Part shown: positions 12,201 through 24,693 of the stretch, piece after piece
Layout: each line of letters opens with the position of its first letter
Position numbering within the stretch: the first letter of the stretch is position 1
Origin: Octopus sinensis
Taxonomy: Eukaryota
Direction of reading: 5' to 3'
DNA length: 51,546 nt
NCBI RefSeq assembly: GCF_006345805.1
Contig: NW_021834184.1
Coordinates: 1 to 51,546 of the forward strand
Program-made: the position numbers and the translations under genes
The notes under the pieces: model-generated
Databases searched by the model: none
What the model was told of the DNA's origin: nothing
Seen by the model: the letters and a program-made list of their open reading frames with translations, nothing else

Positions 12201-13456
12201 ATAAAACGAATATTTGAGAAAAGAACAAGAGTGACTTCACTGGTAGTTCTAATTAGTTTAATTTATCATTTGTTAATTGTTTAGTAATTTAATTTTACAC
12301 TTTATTTTGTGGATCTATTAACTTTTTTGTGAACTTGGGTGGTGAGATTTAAAAAAAAAATTCCTTGTTAACTTTTCGGGAGAACATTCTCGCATTCGTT
12401 GTCAAACAGATCTGAGGGTTTGGGGTTTTGTGATTCTGTAGATGGGATTTGGGTGGGGCTTGGGGGTTTGTTAATCAGTGTGGGAGTGAAGGAGTGTTGA
12501 TGAATAAGACCTGAAAGGAAATACTGAATACTCAAAACACACACACACACACACATATATATAGGTGTGTATATATATTCCTAACCACATGGTTCTGGGT
12601 TCAGTCCCAATGCAGGACATCTTGGGCAAGTGTCTTTTATTATAGCCTCAGGCTAACTAAAACCTTGTGAGTGGATTTGGTTGACAGAAACTGAAAGAAG
12701 CCCGTCGTATATATATATATATATATATAAATATATATAATATGTGTGTGTGTGTGTGTGTATGTATGTCTTTGTGTCTGTGTTTATTCCCCCCACCATC
12801 GATTGACAACCGATGTTGGTGTGTTTACATCCCTGTAACTTAGTAGTTCAGCAATAGAGACTGATAGAATAAGAATTAGGCTTTCATAGAATATGTCCTG
12901 TAGTTGATTTGTTGACTAAAGGTGGTGCTCCAGCATGGCCGCAGTCAAATGACTGAAACAAGTTAAAGAATAAAAGAATAAAAGAATATAACACACACAC
13001 ACCCAAATACATATACACATATATGTGTCTGTGTATGTGTGCATGTGTGTGTGTGTGTGTGTTGTGTGTGTGTGTGTATGTGTGATTTTATACATTCTAC
13101 AAAATTCTCTTTAGTGCCATGCAGTAACTGTGATCAGCTTGGCCTAATTCATAATATAAAATATTCTTCCAAAAATTGACACCAATTAATGAGATTTGTT
13201 ATTTCTGTTCCTATTCATCATCACATGTGCTGAGACCTTGATGAAGGCTTCTATGCTGGCATTCGTCCGCTAGGAATAACAGCCAAATCTCCAAGAAATC
13301 TCTTTCTACTGTCTTAGAAAGAAAGATGTAAAAAAAATTTTTAAATAAAATGGGGGGAAAATGATGTAAAAATAATAAAATTTTTGTGGCTCCCTACCTT
13401 TTTGTTGATGAAGGGAGAATATATGTCTATGTAAGTATATGTTTTATGTTTAACTT

Positions 13457-13740
13457 AGGTGCAGGAGTGGCTGTGTGGTAAGTAGCTTGCTAACCAACCA
13501 CATGGTTCCGGGTTCAGTCCCACTGCGTGGCCTCTTGGGCAAGTGTATTCTGCTATAGCCCCGGGCCGACCAATGCCTTGTGAGTGGATTTGGTAGACGG
13601 AAACTGAAAGAAGCCTGTCGTATATATGTATATATGTATATATATGTGTATGTTTGTGTGTCTGTGTCTGTCCCGGGCCGACCAATGCCTTGTGAGTGGA
13701 TTTGGTAGATGGAAACTGAAAGAAGCTTGTTGTATATATG

Positions 13741-13787
<47 letters not shown>

Positions 13788-14124
13788 TTGTGTGACTGTG
13801 TTTGTCCCCCTAGCATTGCTTGACAACCGATGCTGGTGTGTTTATGTCCCTGTCACTTAGTGGTTTGGCAAAAGAGACCGATAGAATTATTACTAGGCTT
13901 ACAAAGAATAAGTCCCCAAGTAAAAGAGTAAAAGAGTAACTTGTTTCAGTCATTAGACTGTGGCCATGCTGGGGCACTGGCATGAAGAATTTTTAATCCA
14001 ATGAATTGTCCTCAGTAACTATTTCTTTTGGTCGCTTGTGCTGAACGACTAAGTTACAGGGATGTAAACACACCAACACTGGTTATCAGGTGGTGGCGGA
14101 GGCTCAAAGACTCACATAGACTCA

Positions 14125-14164
<40 letters not shown>

Positions 14165-14365
14165 CACTCGCACACATACACACACACATACACACACAGA
14201 GAAAGCAGGCTTTTTGCAGTTTCTGTCTGACAAATCCATTCACAAGACTTTAGTTGGCCCAAGGTTGTTAGAAAAGACTCTTGCCCAAGGTGACACGAAG
14301 TGGGACTGAACCCAGAACCATGTGGTTGGAAAGGCAACATCTTACCACACAGCCACGTCTATGCC
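13457..14365. mobile_element. Tail-to-tail SINE B pair (+ 13457-13938 with internal duplication; - 13939-14365)
   Basis: The two copies meet at gtaaaagagtaaaagagtaacttgtttcagtc. Confidence 0.82.
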
Positions 14366-14987
14366 TATATTTGAATATCAGAGGGGATGATCATGGCTGG
14401 AACATGATTGGTCTGAAAGAGTTTTCATTAAAGGGTTGAAATGAGGTTTAAACAACAATAACTATAACGACAACAACAGCAACAACAATAAAAACAGGAA
14501 CAAAAATTGCAACAACAACAACAACAATAACTATGTTCGGGGAATCTCTTCAAATATGCAAGATTAGTTTAAATTGATTACATTTTTTATCTCGTTAATC
14601 GTTTAAGAGTTGAATTAAAAAAAAATAGCTCATTAAAATATAATCACGTTTTAAATTACATATTTCATTTTTTTTTTACTTCTTGTTTACGAACCAACAC
14701 AATTAGTTTTGGTGGTGGTTGTGGTAGTGGTGGTGGTGTCGGTGGTGGTGGTAGTGGTGTTGCTGGTGGTGGTGGTAGTGTTGGTGGTAGTGGTGGTGAT
14801 AGTGGTGTTGCTGGTGGTGGTGTTGGTGGTGTTGGTGGTGGTGTTGGTGGTGGTGGTGGTGGTGGTAGTGGTGATGAAACATCTAGTTTGCATTTCCTGA
14901 TAAATTATATATACACACACACATACATATATGTATGTACACACACACACACACACACATACATACATACATACATACATACATACA

Positions 14988-15021
<34 letters not shown>

Positions 15022-15060
15022 GATATACACATCTATGGATATATGTGTATGTATATATAT

Positions 15061-15093
<33 letters not shown>

Positions 15094-15480
15094 TGTGTAT
15101 GTATGTATGTATGTATGTAATCATTTTTTGTTTCCTTATTTTTCCCCTCAAAATATTTCTGCACCAATGGATTTACCGATTAAACAGTGGTAATCCGGGG
15201 ATTAACTTTTTGTCACATTTTTTTCCATCCCCTTCATTATATGACACCTTGTTACCAAATTAAGCCTCGTCAGGGGTTAAGCTGCCACCCACCTCCCCCC
15301 ACAGTGCTTTATCTGTCAAACTTTTAGCTAAATGTTAGTTTTGTTGCTGTTGTTTTGTCGCATTATGAAAATATTTAATGAAATGCCATCATTAAGGTCT
15401 GAAAAAGCAAAAGAGAAAAATGATTAAGTAAATTCCATTGGAATTGTGTTACTTTTTTAATCAATAACTCTGTTCGTACA

Positions 15481-16046
15481 TGTTAGTTAGTTAGTTAATT
15501 TTTTGGCTCAAAAAGCAAAAAGCAAGGCCATGTAGGGGGACATGGAGTTATGTACAGGGTGGTGTTCATGCAAAGAGTTCAGGCCACTTGTGGTCAAGGG
15601 AGACTTTGAACCGAGCGGTCGTCGGCATCTTCACTATCTCGTCCGGCAGCTTATTCCATGGATCTGCAACCCGGACGGAGAAAGCCCCTCTCCTTTGATT
15701 GAGATGAAATCGTCGCAGGTAGAGCTTTTCGGAGTGACCCCGCAGCCGACGTTCTGGAGAAGGAGTGAAGAACAGCTCTTTCGAGAGGTTACACTTTCCG
15801 CTTATGATGTTGTGAGCAAGAATGAGATCACCACGGCGTCGTCGTTTTTCTAGAGAATAAAGGTCGAGCATCTTCAGCCTTTCTTCATAAGACAAATGCT
15901 TGAGACCAAGAACCATGCGGGTAGCCAGCTTCTGGACTCTTTCGAGATGCTGTATGTCTTTGAGGAGATAAGGAGAAGAGGCTTGAATCCTGTACTCCAA
16001 TATGGGTCTCATCAGCGTGACATAGAGCGGTAGGAATATGGCTGCT
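15481..16046 (-). mobile_element. CR1-clade LINE 3' fragment
   Basis: ORF 15566..16054 has LYVTLMRPILEY, LERVQKLATR, SLEKRRRRGDLI, WNKLP. Short 3' UTR ending in (TAAC)n; 5' end abuts (GACA/GATA)n. Confidence 0.88.
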
Positions 16047-16085
16047 GTGAGCATTCTGTCTGTCTGTCTGTCTACCTATCAATCC

Positions 16086-16129
<44 letters not shown>

Positions 16130-16134
16130 GTCTA

Positions 16135-16169
<35 letters not shown>

Positions 16170-16818
16170 TTTTATCTATCTATCTATCTATTTTTTTTTT
16201 ACCTAAAAACATTTTATGAATCTTAAATTCAAATTGTTATTTCATAATTAAAAAGGTAACAAAGAACTAATTATCATTTCTGTATTTTTTTGTAGGAACT
16301 GAACAGTTGACAGTGGAACTTTCTTTTGGTCTGTCTGTGAAGGACCCAAGAAAAAACTGAAGAAAGCATTCCAACATCTTAGACAGAATTCCAGGACAAC
16401 GAACATATGAAAGTATTGTTATCACAGATGAGTCAAAGACAGCTTTGTTCAACTGCTTAGAAAGAAGAAGACTCTCACACACACACACACACACACACAC
16501 AAATGCATGCATGCATACACATACTCATATACACGCATGCACACATACACTGACACACACACATGTTCCCAATCACACTTGCTCATACATACACAAACAC
16601 ACTCACCCACGCACATATTCATACACAGAAACACACACATATATGCACACATATATACACACATGATAAACACATATATACCCACAGACCAACATGTGTT
16701 CTCGTGTTTTCTTATTAGTTCTATAACTCAAGCAATGGATTAACAGGAAACATGTTGGAACTATAAGAATAGGGGACACAGAGAGGAAACTGGCTGATGA
16801 GGAGACCAAAGAGTGAAA

Positions 16819-17390
16819 GAGGAGTGTGGACCCATCTGCTGGGCTCCACTTTGAAACCTCAGTGGTTCTCAGCTATTTTTTCTTATGGACCCCTTTGTTC
16901 CCTATTTTACTCAGGTGGACCCTTTAAAACCTTTTGATGATTGAAAAAATCCCAGAGGAGCGTGGACCCATCTGCTGGGCTCCACTTTGAAACCTCAGTG
17001 GTTCTCAGCTATTTTTTCTTATGGACCCCTTTGTTCCCTATTTTACTCAGGTGGACCCTTTAAAACCTTTTGATGATTGAAAAAATCCCAGAGGAGCGTG
17101 GACCCATCTGCTGGGCTCCACTTTGAAACCTCAGTGGTTCTCAGCTATTTTTTCTTATGGACCCCTTTGTTCCCTATTTTACTCAGGTGGATCCTTTAAA
17201 ACCTTTCGATGATTGAAAAAGTCCCATAACATTTTTATAATTAAATATTATTTGAAATTGCATCAAAAAAATTGTTAAAATATTTTGTGAATTGTCAAGG
17301 TTCAATCAGTTTATTGCAGAAAATTTTTAACAAGAAAATCTTATATGAACCCTTAAGGGTCATGTAGGCCCTGGTTGACAACCAGTGCCC
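16819..17390. repeat. hAT-like MITE whose left end plus flank is triplicated (3 x 136 bp, starting 16819, 16955, 17091)
   Basis: CAGTGGTTCTCAG in each unit; degenerate right TIR GTTGACAACCAGTG near 17375-17388. Confidence 0.8.
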
Positions 17391-18011
17391 TAGAACTTTA
17401 AGAGGGGTCCACTAACCACAGCTCAAAAGCACTTTTGTTCCACCTTACTAAATGAAAAAATAAATGACGCAAGTTATCATTATGTACAACACAATTTACA
17501 TAAATCAAATATTCAAATTAATATTTCTATCAAAAAATGATGTAACACATTAAAATACCAGGACCACATCACAATAATAATACCAACGATCTGATATGAT
17601 ATCAAAATGATATAAACTATGTTATATATGATATTGTTTTCCTTTTTTTAATAGCAGATAACCATTTTGGGAACAATTATGATCTTATCAGTGCTGAAAT
17701 TACTGGTGATTATTAAGATATTAAAGTCAGATATAACACAATGTAATGAAAGTGTTGGTTTCTTTACACCCCCCTCCCGCGGCCCCACAGTGTGTGGGTT
17801 TCAAAGTTTTGGTACAAAGCCAGCAATTTTGGGGGTGGAGAAGGATATGTTGATTGCACCTCTGAAAGGATGAAAGGCAAAGTCCACCTTGGCAACATTT
17901 GAACTCAGAACATGAAGACAAACGAAATGGCTCTAAGTGTTTTGTCTGGCACAGCAAGGATTCTGCCACCCTGGGGCTTTCAATATGTAATACTGTTGTT
18001 CTTTTATTCTT

Positions 18012-18216
18012 TTATCCTTTTATTTGTTTCAGTCATTTGACTGTGGCCATGCTGGAGCACCACCTTCAGTTGAATAAATCGACCTCACAACTTATTCTTT
18101 GTAAGCCTAGTACTTATTCTATCGGTCTCTTTTGCCAAACCACTAAGTTACGAGGACGTAAACACACCAACATCGGTTGTCAAGCGGATGGTGGGAGGAC
18201 AAATACACACACAAAC

Positions 18217-18298
<82 letters not shown>

Positions 18299-18472
18299 GT
18301 ATGCATACACAATGGGTTGCTTTCAGTTTCCGTCTACCAAATCCACTCACAAGGCTTTGGTTCACGCAAGGCTATAGAAGAAGACACTTGCCCAAGGTGC
18401 CACACAGTGGGACTGAACCTGGAACCATGTGGTTGGGAAACAAGCTACTTACCACACAGCCACCCCTGCACC
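18012..18472 (-). mobile_element. SINE family B (other minus copies at ~3085-3475 and ~25190-25555)
   Basis: Reverse-complement match. Confidence 0.86.
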
Positions 18473-19189
18473 TGAATATATAATATCGATATGGACATAA
18501 TATTAGCTTCAAATTTTGGCACAAGGCCAGCAATTTTTGGGAAGGATATAAGTTCCTTAGATTGAAACCAGTACACAGCTGGTATTTATTTTATTGCCTC
18601 CCAAAGGATGAAAGATCAGGTCAACTCAGCGCAACTTGAACTCATAACGTAAAGATAGATGAAATGCCACGAAGCCTTTTGCCTGGCATTTAGTCATCCA
18701 TTAGTGTTTATGCAATTATGTAGAGTTACTTAAATCTCTGTTTAGTAATTACTGGTATAAATGTTGGTTTGTTTGTTGGTTGATTTCTTTTGTTATACTT
18801 TTCATCAAGGAGTGAGAAGCAGGGAAGGAGAGTAAGAAAGATAGAGAAGGACATAACATAAGAGGTACAGGAGTTTCTGAAAAATACACAAGACTTTTGA
18901 ATAAAATTTTTCAGCTTAACACCATCCTTAATTTTTTTTCTTGATGGAGAGCTATTAACCCCGAAATATAGAAAAGGTAAAGTGTTAACTATTGTCCTAT
19001 CTTTCTTACTTTCATTTACAATCTTATATTTCAATTTGTTTTGTACTGGCTTTTGTACGATTTCACTCTTAATTTGAGTCCCAGGAGGCGATTTTCAGTA
19101 CTAATCGCCAGGATAATCTCAATTTATTGGAGTTTTGCATCTTTTTTGGAGGGATTTTTAGCTGTTATTTCCAAATGACAGACATTGTT

Positions 19190-19370
19190 TTGATGGAGAT
19201 TTAGCTCTTATTTACTGCATTTGGTGGTTATGCGATGTGGCGGCGGCTTGCAGGATTGTGACGTCATGTGGTAGACAGCCGACCCAACATGTTCCACACG
19301 ATTCGTCTCTGAATCCTATTCCTTTCTTCTTCCCGATGATGTTTGCAGTAATATTTCGGGTCCAAAATCT
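19190..19370. promoter_or_regulatory. Candidate promoter: CpG-enriched patch with palindromic CRE TGACGTCA (19259-19266) and GGCGGCGGC
   Basis: Local composition and motif only; no transcript evidence. Confidence 0.3.
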
Positions 19371-19477
19371 TGGAAAGAAAAACTCAGTCTAGAGTCAGTA
19401 ATGTAACGGGCCAAGGGAAGTTACTCTGCTGTCACTGTGAATAATTTAATCCCCTTAAATTAGTTTTCTTTAGATAT

Positions 19478-19637
19478 TGTCTGTCTGTCTGTCTATTTCT
19501 CTCTCTCCCTCCCTCCCCCTCTCCCTCCATCTCTCTCTATATATATGCATATATATATATGCATATATATATATGCATATATATAGAGAGAGATGGAGGG
19601 AGAGGGGGAGGGAGGGAGAGAGAGAGAGAAATAGACA

Positions 19638-19690
<53 letters not shown>

Positions 19691-19873
19691 ATATATATAT
19701 ATATACGCATATATATACTCTTTTACTCTCTTTTACTCTTTTACTTGTTTCAGACATTTGACTGCGGCCATGCTGGAGCACAGCCTTATAGATATAGATA
19801 TATAGATATATATATATATAAAGAGAATTAAGAACAGACAGAGAGAGAGAGAGAAAGAGAAGCGACGGCGAGA

Positions 19874-19910
<37 letters not shown>

Positions 19911-20184
19911 AGGAAAGAGAGAGAGAAGGAGAAAGAGGAAAGAGAGATTCATGCATGTATTTATGTACGCATACAAGTTCGCATGTCTATCTATTTTTCT
20001 ATCTATCTGTCTGTCTGTCTGTCTGTCTTTTCTCTCTCTCCCTCCCTCCCCCTCTCCCTCCCTCCCCCTCTCCCTCCATCTCTCTCTATATATATGCATA
20101 TATATATATATGCATATATATATATGCATATATATAGAGAGAGATGGAGGGAGAGGGGGAGGGAGGGAGAGAGAGAAATAGACA

Positions 20185-20236
<52 letters not shown>

Positions 20237-20423
20237 ATAATATATATATATATACGCATATATATACTCTTTTACTCTCTTTTACTCTTTTACTTGTTTC
20301 AGACATTTGACTGCGGCCATGCTGGAGCACAGCCTTTATAGATATAGATATATAGATATATATATATATAAAGAGAATTAAGAACAGACAGAGAGAGAGA
20401 GAGAAAGAGAAGCGACGGCGAGA

Positions 20424-20460
<37 letters not shown>

Positions 20461-20555
20461 AGGAAAGAGAGAGAGAAGGAGAAAGAGGAAAGAGAGATTC
20501 ATGCATGTATTTATGTACGCATACAAGTTCGCATGTCTATCTATTTTTCTATCTA

Positions 20556-20575
<20 letters not shown>
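19478..20575. repeat. ~550-bp tandem duplication of a microsatellite and SINE-tail region
   Basis: Anchors recur at 19773/20322 and 19951/20501. Confidence 0.9.
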
Positions 20576-20621
<46 letters not shown>

Positions 20622-20810
20622 CATCCATTCATACATATATGAGTTGGAAGGAAAGAAAGGCAGAGTAAGTGATGACAGGCAGGAGGGAAAAGGCTGCAAA
20701 ACAGTAGAATAGTAATATCAATAATATAGTGGACATGGAATGGGTGAGAGAAAAGGAGATGATAGGTGGATAGGTGGGTTGCAAGAGGATGAAAAGAGAG
20801 ATATAGATAA

Positions 20811-21078
20811 ACTATATATAAGTATATATACTTATATACTATATATAAGTATATATACTATATACTATATATAAATATATATACTTATATACTATATATA
20901 AGTATATACACTATATACTATATATAAGTATATATAGTATATATACTTATATATGCTATATACTATATATAAGTATATATACTGAAACTAGAAAAAATTA
21001 AGAAATTAAATTATACTTATATATACTATATACTATATATAAGTATATATAGTATATATACTTATATATACTATATAA
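20811..21078. repeat. AT-rich, self-complementary minisatellite (ctatatataagtatatatacttatata units)
   Basis: Direct reading. Confidence 0.8.
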
Positions 21079-21312
21079 GTAGCTGTGGAGTACTCGGCTA
21101 CTTATAAGTGATGAGAAACAAGTGAATCCGTAGCATCAAAAGTGATTGATAACAATCCATTCACAACACTGAATTTCAGAAAATACGAGCGACACAACTT
21201 AAAAATGCGGTTTGCGTAGAGTTACCTCCCATAACTCTTTAAATCTCATTGGATCCGTCTGTCTGCTAATTCCTCCTTTGATCCTGCAACCGAAAGTACA
21301 TTAAACTGAACG

Positions 21313-21722
21313 TGAGCTGGCAGAAACGTTAGCACGCCGGGCGAAATGCTTTGCGGTATTTCGTCTGCCGCTACGTTCTGAGTTCAAATTCCGCCGATGT
21401 CGACTTTACCTTCAATCCTTTCGGGATCGATAAATTAAGTACCAGTTACGCACTGGGGTCGATATAATCGACTTAATCCGTTTGTCTGTCCTTGTTTGTC
21501 CTCTCTGTGTGTAGCCCCTTGTGTGTAGTAAAGAAATAGGTATTTCGTCTGCCGCTACGTTCTGAGTTTAAATTCCACCGAGGTCGACTTTGCCTTCAAT
21601 CCTTTCGAGATCGATTAAATAAGTACCAGTTACGCACTGGGGTCGATATAATCGACTTAATCGCTTTGTCTGTCCTTGTTTGTCCCCTCTATGTTTAGCC
21701 CCTTGTGGGTAGTAAAGAAATA
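21313..21722 (+). mobile_element. SINE A dimer; the second unit starts at the internal GGTATTTCGTC site
   Basis: Junction aaagaaata|ggtatttcgtctgccg at 21538-21539. Confidence 0.9.
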
Positions 21723-21730
21723 GGTAGGGG

Positions 21731-22065
21731 TTATTACCCTGCGCGCGTATGCGAAAGCAGGGTATTGTAGTTGCTCGTCTTACTCTAAGTGTCTGTGTGT
21801 TCGCAAAATTACTGGGAAACGGCTGAATGGATTTTCACCATATTTGGCAGAAATACTCATTGGGTGAGTGGGTAGAACTCATTAACGGATGAATTAAAAT
21901 GTTTTTTTCTTTGTTACATATTCATAAACGATAAGTAAGGGAAATAACTCTTGATGTAATTTTGTTGAAATAAGAATTCGTCTGAGAATACATTTATCAA
22001 ATTAAATTTTATTTTAATCGTGTGTGCGCGCAGGATATGCATCACCCCTCCGATGCCCCCCTTTC
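21731..22065 (+). mobile_element. Helentron-associated (HINE/DINE-1-like) element
   Basis: 5' ACCCTGC...GCAGGGT hairpin containing subTIR CCTGCGCGC; 3' inverted subTIR GCGCGCAGG (22026-22034); 3' stem-loop GCATC/GATGC followed by a T-run; internal acggctgaatggatttt block. Confidence 0.72.
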
Positions 22066-22194
22066 TTTTCATTTTAATTCTTTTTAATGAGATGCAGTGT
22101 CTAGTGAAATGAAGCTGTTATTCTTCTCAAGCAACAAGTAACGGCTGTCATCAGAGTTTTGGTAGCCTGGCTCAAGCTTTCGGAATTACGGAGA

Positions 22195-22430
22195 TGTACT
22201 TGCATAGCAAGTGATTTGATCTGAGATCGTGTGCTGGAACGAAAACAATTGCAGCTTTGAAGGTGTTTGTAATCCATTTAAGAAACACACAAAAGCCGTT
22301 CGATTCACTCCAACATTTAAGTTTAATTTGTCAAAATATTTTCGTCGCTTTAAGACCGCGACCTGTTCACTGACAAAAATCCGTGCCACGGATTTTTGTC
22401 TTTTTAATAAGCCATGCATAAAACGGTTAT
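22195..22430 (+). mobile_element. Non-autonomous fragment related to the 5.7-6.4 kb transposon-terminal sequence
   Basis: Shares gaaggtgttt..ccatttaagaaacacacaaaa and ttaatttgtcaaaatattttcgtcgcttt. Confidence 0.7.
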
Positions 22431-22922
22431 ACGCAACTGAAGAATATAAAGTGAAATAACGGTTTCAAATATGGACACACAGCCAGTAATTTTAGCAGAG
22501 CGGGAAAGTCGTTTATATCGACCACAGCGCTCATTCAGTACTTTACGTTAGCGACCCTGAAGGAATGAAAAGCAAAGTCGAACACAGAGCAATTTGAAAT
22601 TAAAACGTAAAGAACAACCGGAAGAAACACCGCTAAGCATTTTGTCCGACTGTGCTAACGATTCTGTCACTTTTACAAATATAAATGAATATCTAGTAAA
22701 TGCGCTGCAAGAAGGGGTCGGAGTTGGTGACAGTCACTTCTTGGCACAGGCTTGAAAGAGCATGACATTTCATGCGCTTCATTTAAGGGGCAGGGCACCA
22801 AAGAAAGTATGCTTGATCCCGGGCTCTGAAATCCCTAATAACGTCACAAATATCTGACCTCGTGTGCACCGTTGGTGATTTTTTTCCCTCTGTCTTCCCT
22901 CCTCTGGATCTTTCCTTCTCCT

Positions 22923-22962
22923 ATGTTTCCGACGAAGAGCTCCGCTCGAAACGTTAAACCAT
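22923..22962 (+). ncRNA. Minimal type-I hammerhead ribozyme fold (Penelope pLTR type)
   Basis: ATGTTT-CCGACGA-A-GAGC TCC GCTC-GAAA-CG-TT-AAACCAT. Stem I GTTT/AAAC, loopless palindromic stem III, GUU triplet, U4C. Confidence 0.62.
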
Positions 22963-23049
22963 CCTTCTTTCCTGAGCGTCCATAATACTATATTTGTTCC
23001 ACGCCCTAGCGTTGTTGTGTTTTTTTTTGTGCTTTCTTGTTGGATTAAC

Positions 23050-23116
<67 letters not shown>

Positions 23117-23842
23117 GGTAATTAAATATTGAAGTATAACTGGGTTAAAGATATTCGAGAGTTTATTATGTTTTTTAAAGCCAAATTATATCTTCAAAAA
23201 TAAATACCTATTTCTATCTAATTTTTTTTTTCCTTAAAAATAAATATTTAACATAATAAATGTGTTGTTGGAAATAATCCTAATGTTTTAAGTTTCTAAT
23301 TTAGTTAATGGAGGTTTTTTCTATAAGAAAAATTATTATATTATTTATTTCTTAAATAAATATTGTTTAACTCTATTTGCTTAATTATTTAACTATTTTA
23401 ATCAACCTGAAGATTGACTATAATTTTAATTCGAATTTATTTCAATTGAATTTAAACTTAATTGTAATTCCAATTTAATTATAGCCATGAAACGTACGTA
23501 GTGTTTTTATTTATTATATTATATATTTATCATTCATTTTATACTTTTTGAGATCTAGTTATAAGTTATATTTAAAAAAAAAATCATAATTATAATTTTA
23601 TGTATATATATATATATATACATACATACATACATACATACATACATACATCTATACATACATATATATATATATACATACACACACACAGACACCCACA
23701 TCCTGACCACCACAGAGTAGGTTGATGAGGACTCACAGCGGCGAAAGCCCCTTTTTCTCACAATACCAAAACCCAAATATTCTTTTTTCGTATTTCTAAG
23801 TTTGTTTCTTCAGATATTCTGTAGAAACTATGGACGGGTTAG

Positions 23843-23894
23843 ATGAGTGCTGATGAAAGGTCAATAACCCCCGAAATATGGCATATGCACTCAT
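23843..23894 (+). ncRNA. Degenerate type-I hammerhead fold
   Basis: ATGAGTG-CTGATGA-AAGGT CAATA ACCCCC-GAAA-TATG G CATA-T-G-CACTCAT. 7-bp stem I and palindromic stem III, but G at position 17 and a damaged stem II. Confidence 0.5.
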
Positions 23895-24693
23895 TATCCA
23901 CTTATTTCTCCGATCTCATTGTTTGTTTACATGTGACGTCCTGATACGAAACGTTGTAGCAAAAACCAGTGCTGGCTCTAAGTTCTTTACAATGTATGTA
24001 GAAATAACCGTAGCAGAATTATGTAAGAAGCGCTGCTGACACAGTAGAACTGATTCTTTTTTGTATTTATTTCGGGAACCATACAATAAGTAACCAACCA
24101 ATACAAACGGGAAGAACCGACAATGTCTAAAGGAACGGGATTCACTCTTGATATTTCACGTTGGAATGTAGAAAACATTGTTGTAGCGAATTCCATATTT
24201 TGTATGTTTAGTATCTATTGACAGAAAAATTCGTTGATGTCTGCGCTATCGGATGACCCCTAAACTGACATCAAATATTTGTGGAAGGGACGGTGATTAT
24301 ACAAAAGCAATGGTGATGTTTTAAAACATTTTTTCATGCCATAAAACTGAAAATCTTTTTTGAGGAATGTTTGTTAGCTATTTTTAGCATGTGTAAGGAA
24401 CACTCTGAAACGCTCTCGTTGTATCAAACCTTTTTCTTGCTTATATCATTAAAATAACGAACGAATAATATTTATAACGTATATACAAACGTATAACGAC
24501 ATTAAGCTATAATATTTTGTCTCAGAGAAAGTTCTCTTAGAAACTTGCGTCTTAAAACGAACAGAGTTTGTTTAGAATGACGTCGGCGGATCACCAGACA
24601 CCGACGTTTTGTCGTTATTTGGCCCTCGATCTTCCGTAATTAATTTACGAAATACAAACACGAAACACTAGTAATAAAAACACTTTGGAAACT

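Noticed and set aside
16296-16470. Plus-strand frame with a single in-frame TGA after a strong acceptor (possible Sec or edited stop)
   Set aside because: No donor, no recognisable protein, no SECIS seen, and the opposite strand is equally open; chance is sufficient.
23720-23760. TTGATGA...GCGAAAGC hammerhead-like string
   Set aside because: Core mismatch and no stem II or stem I pairing.
24579-24608. 7-bp stem hairpin in the SLC16 3' UTR
   Set aside because: Too short and has no SECIS or IRE consensus; expected by chance.
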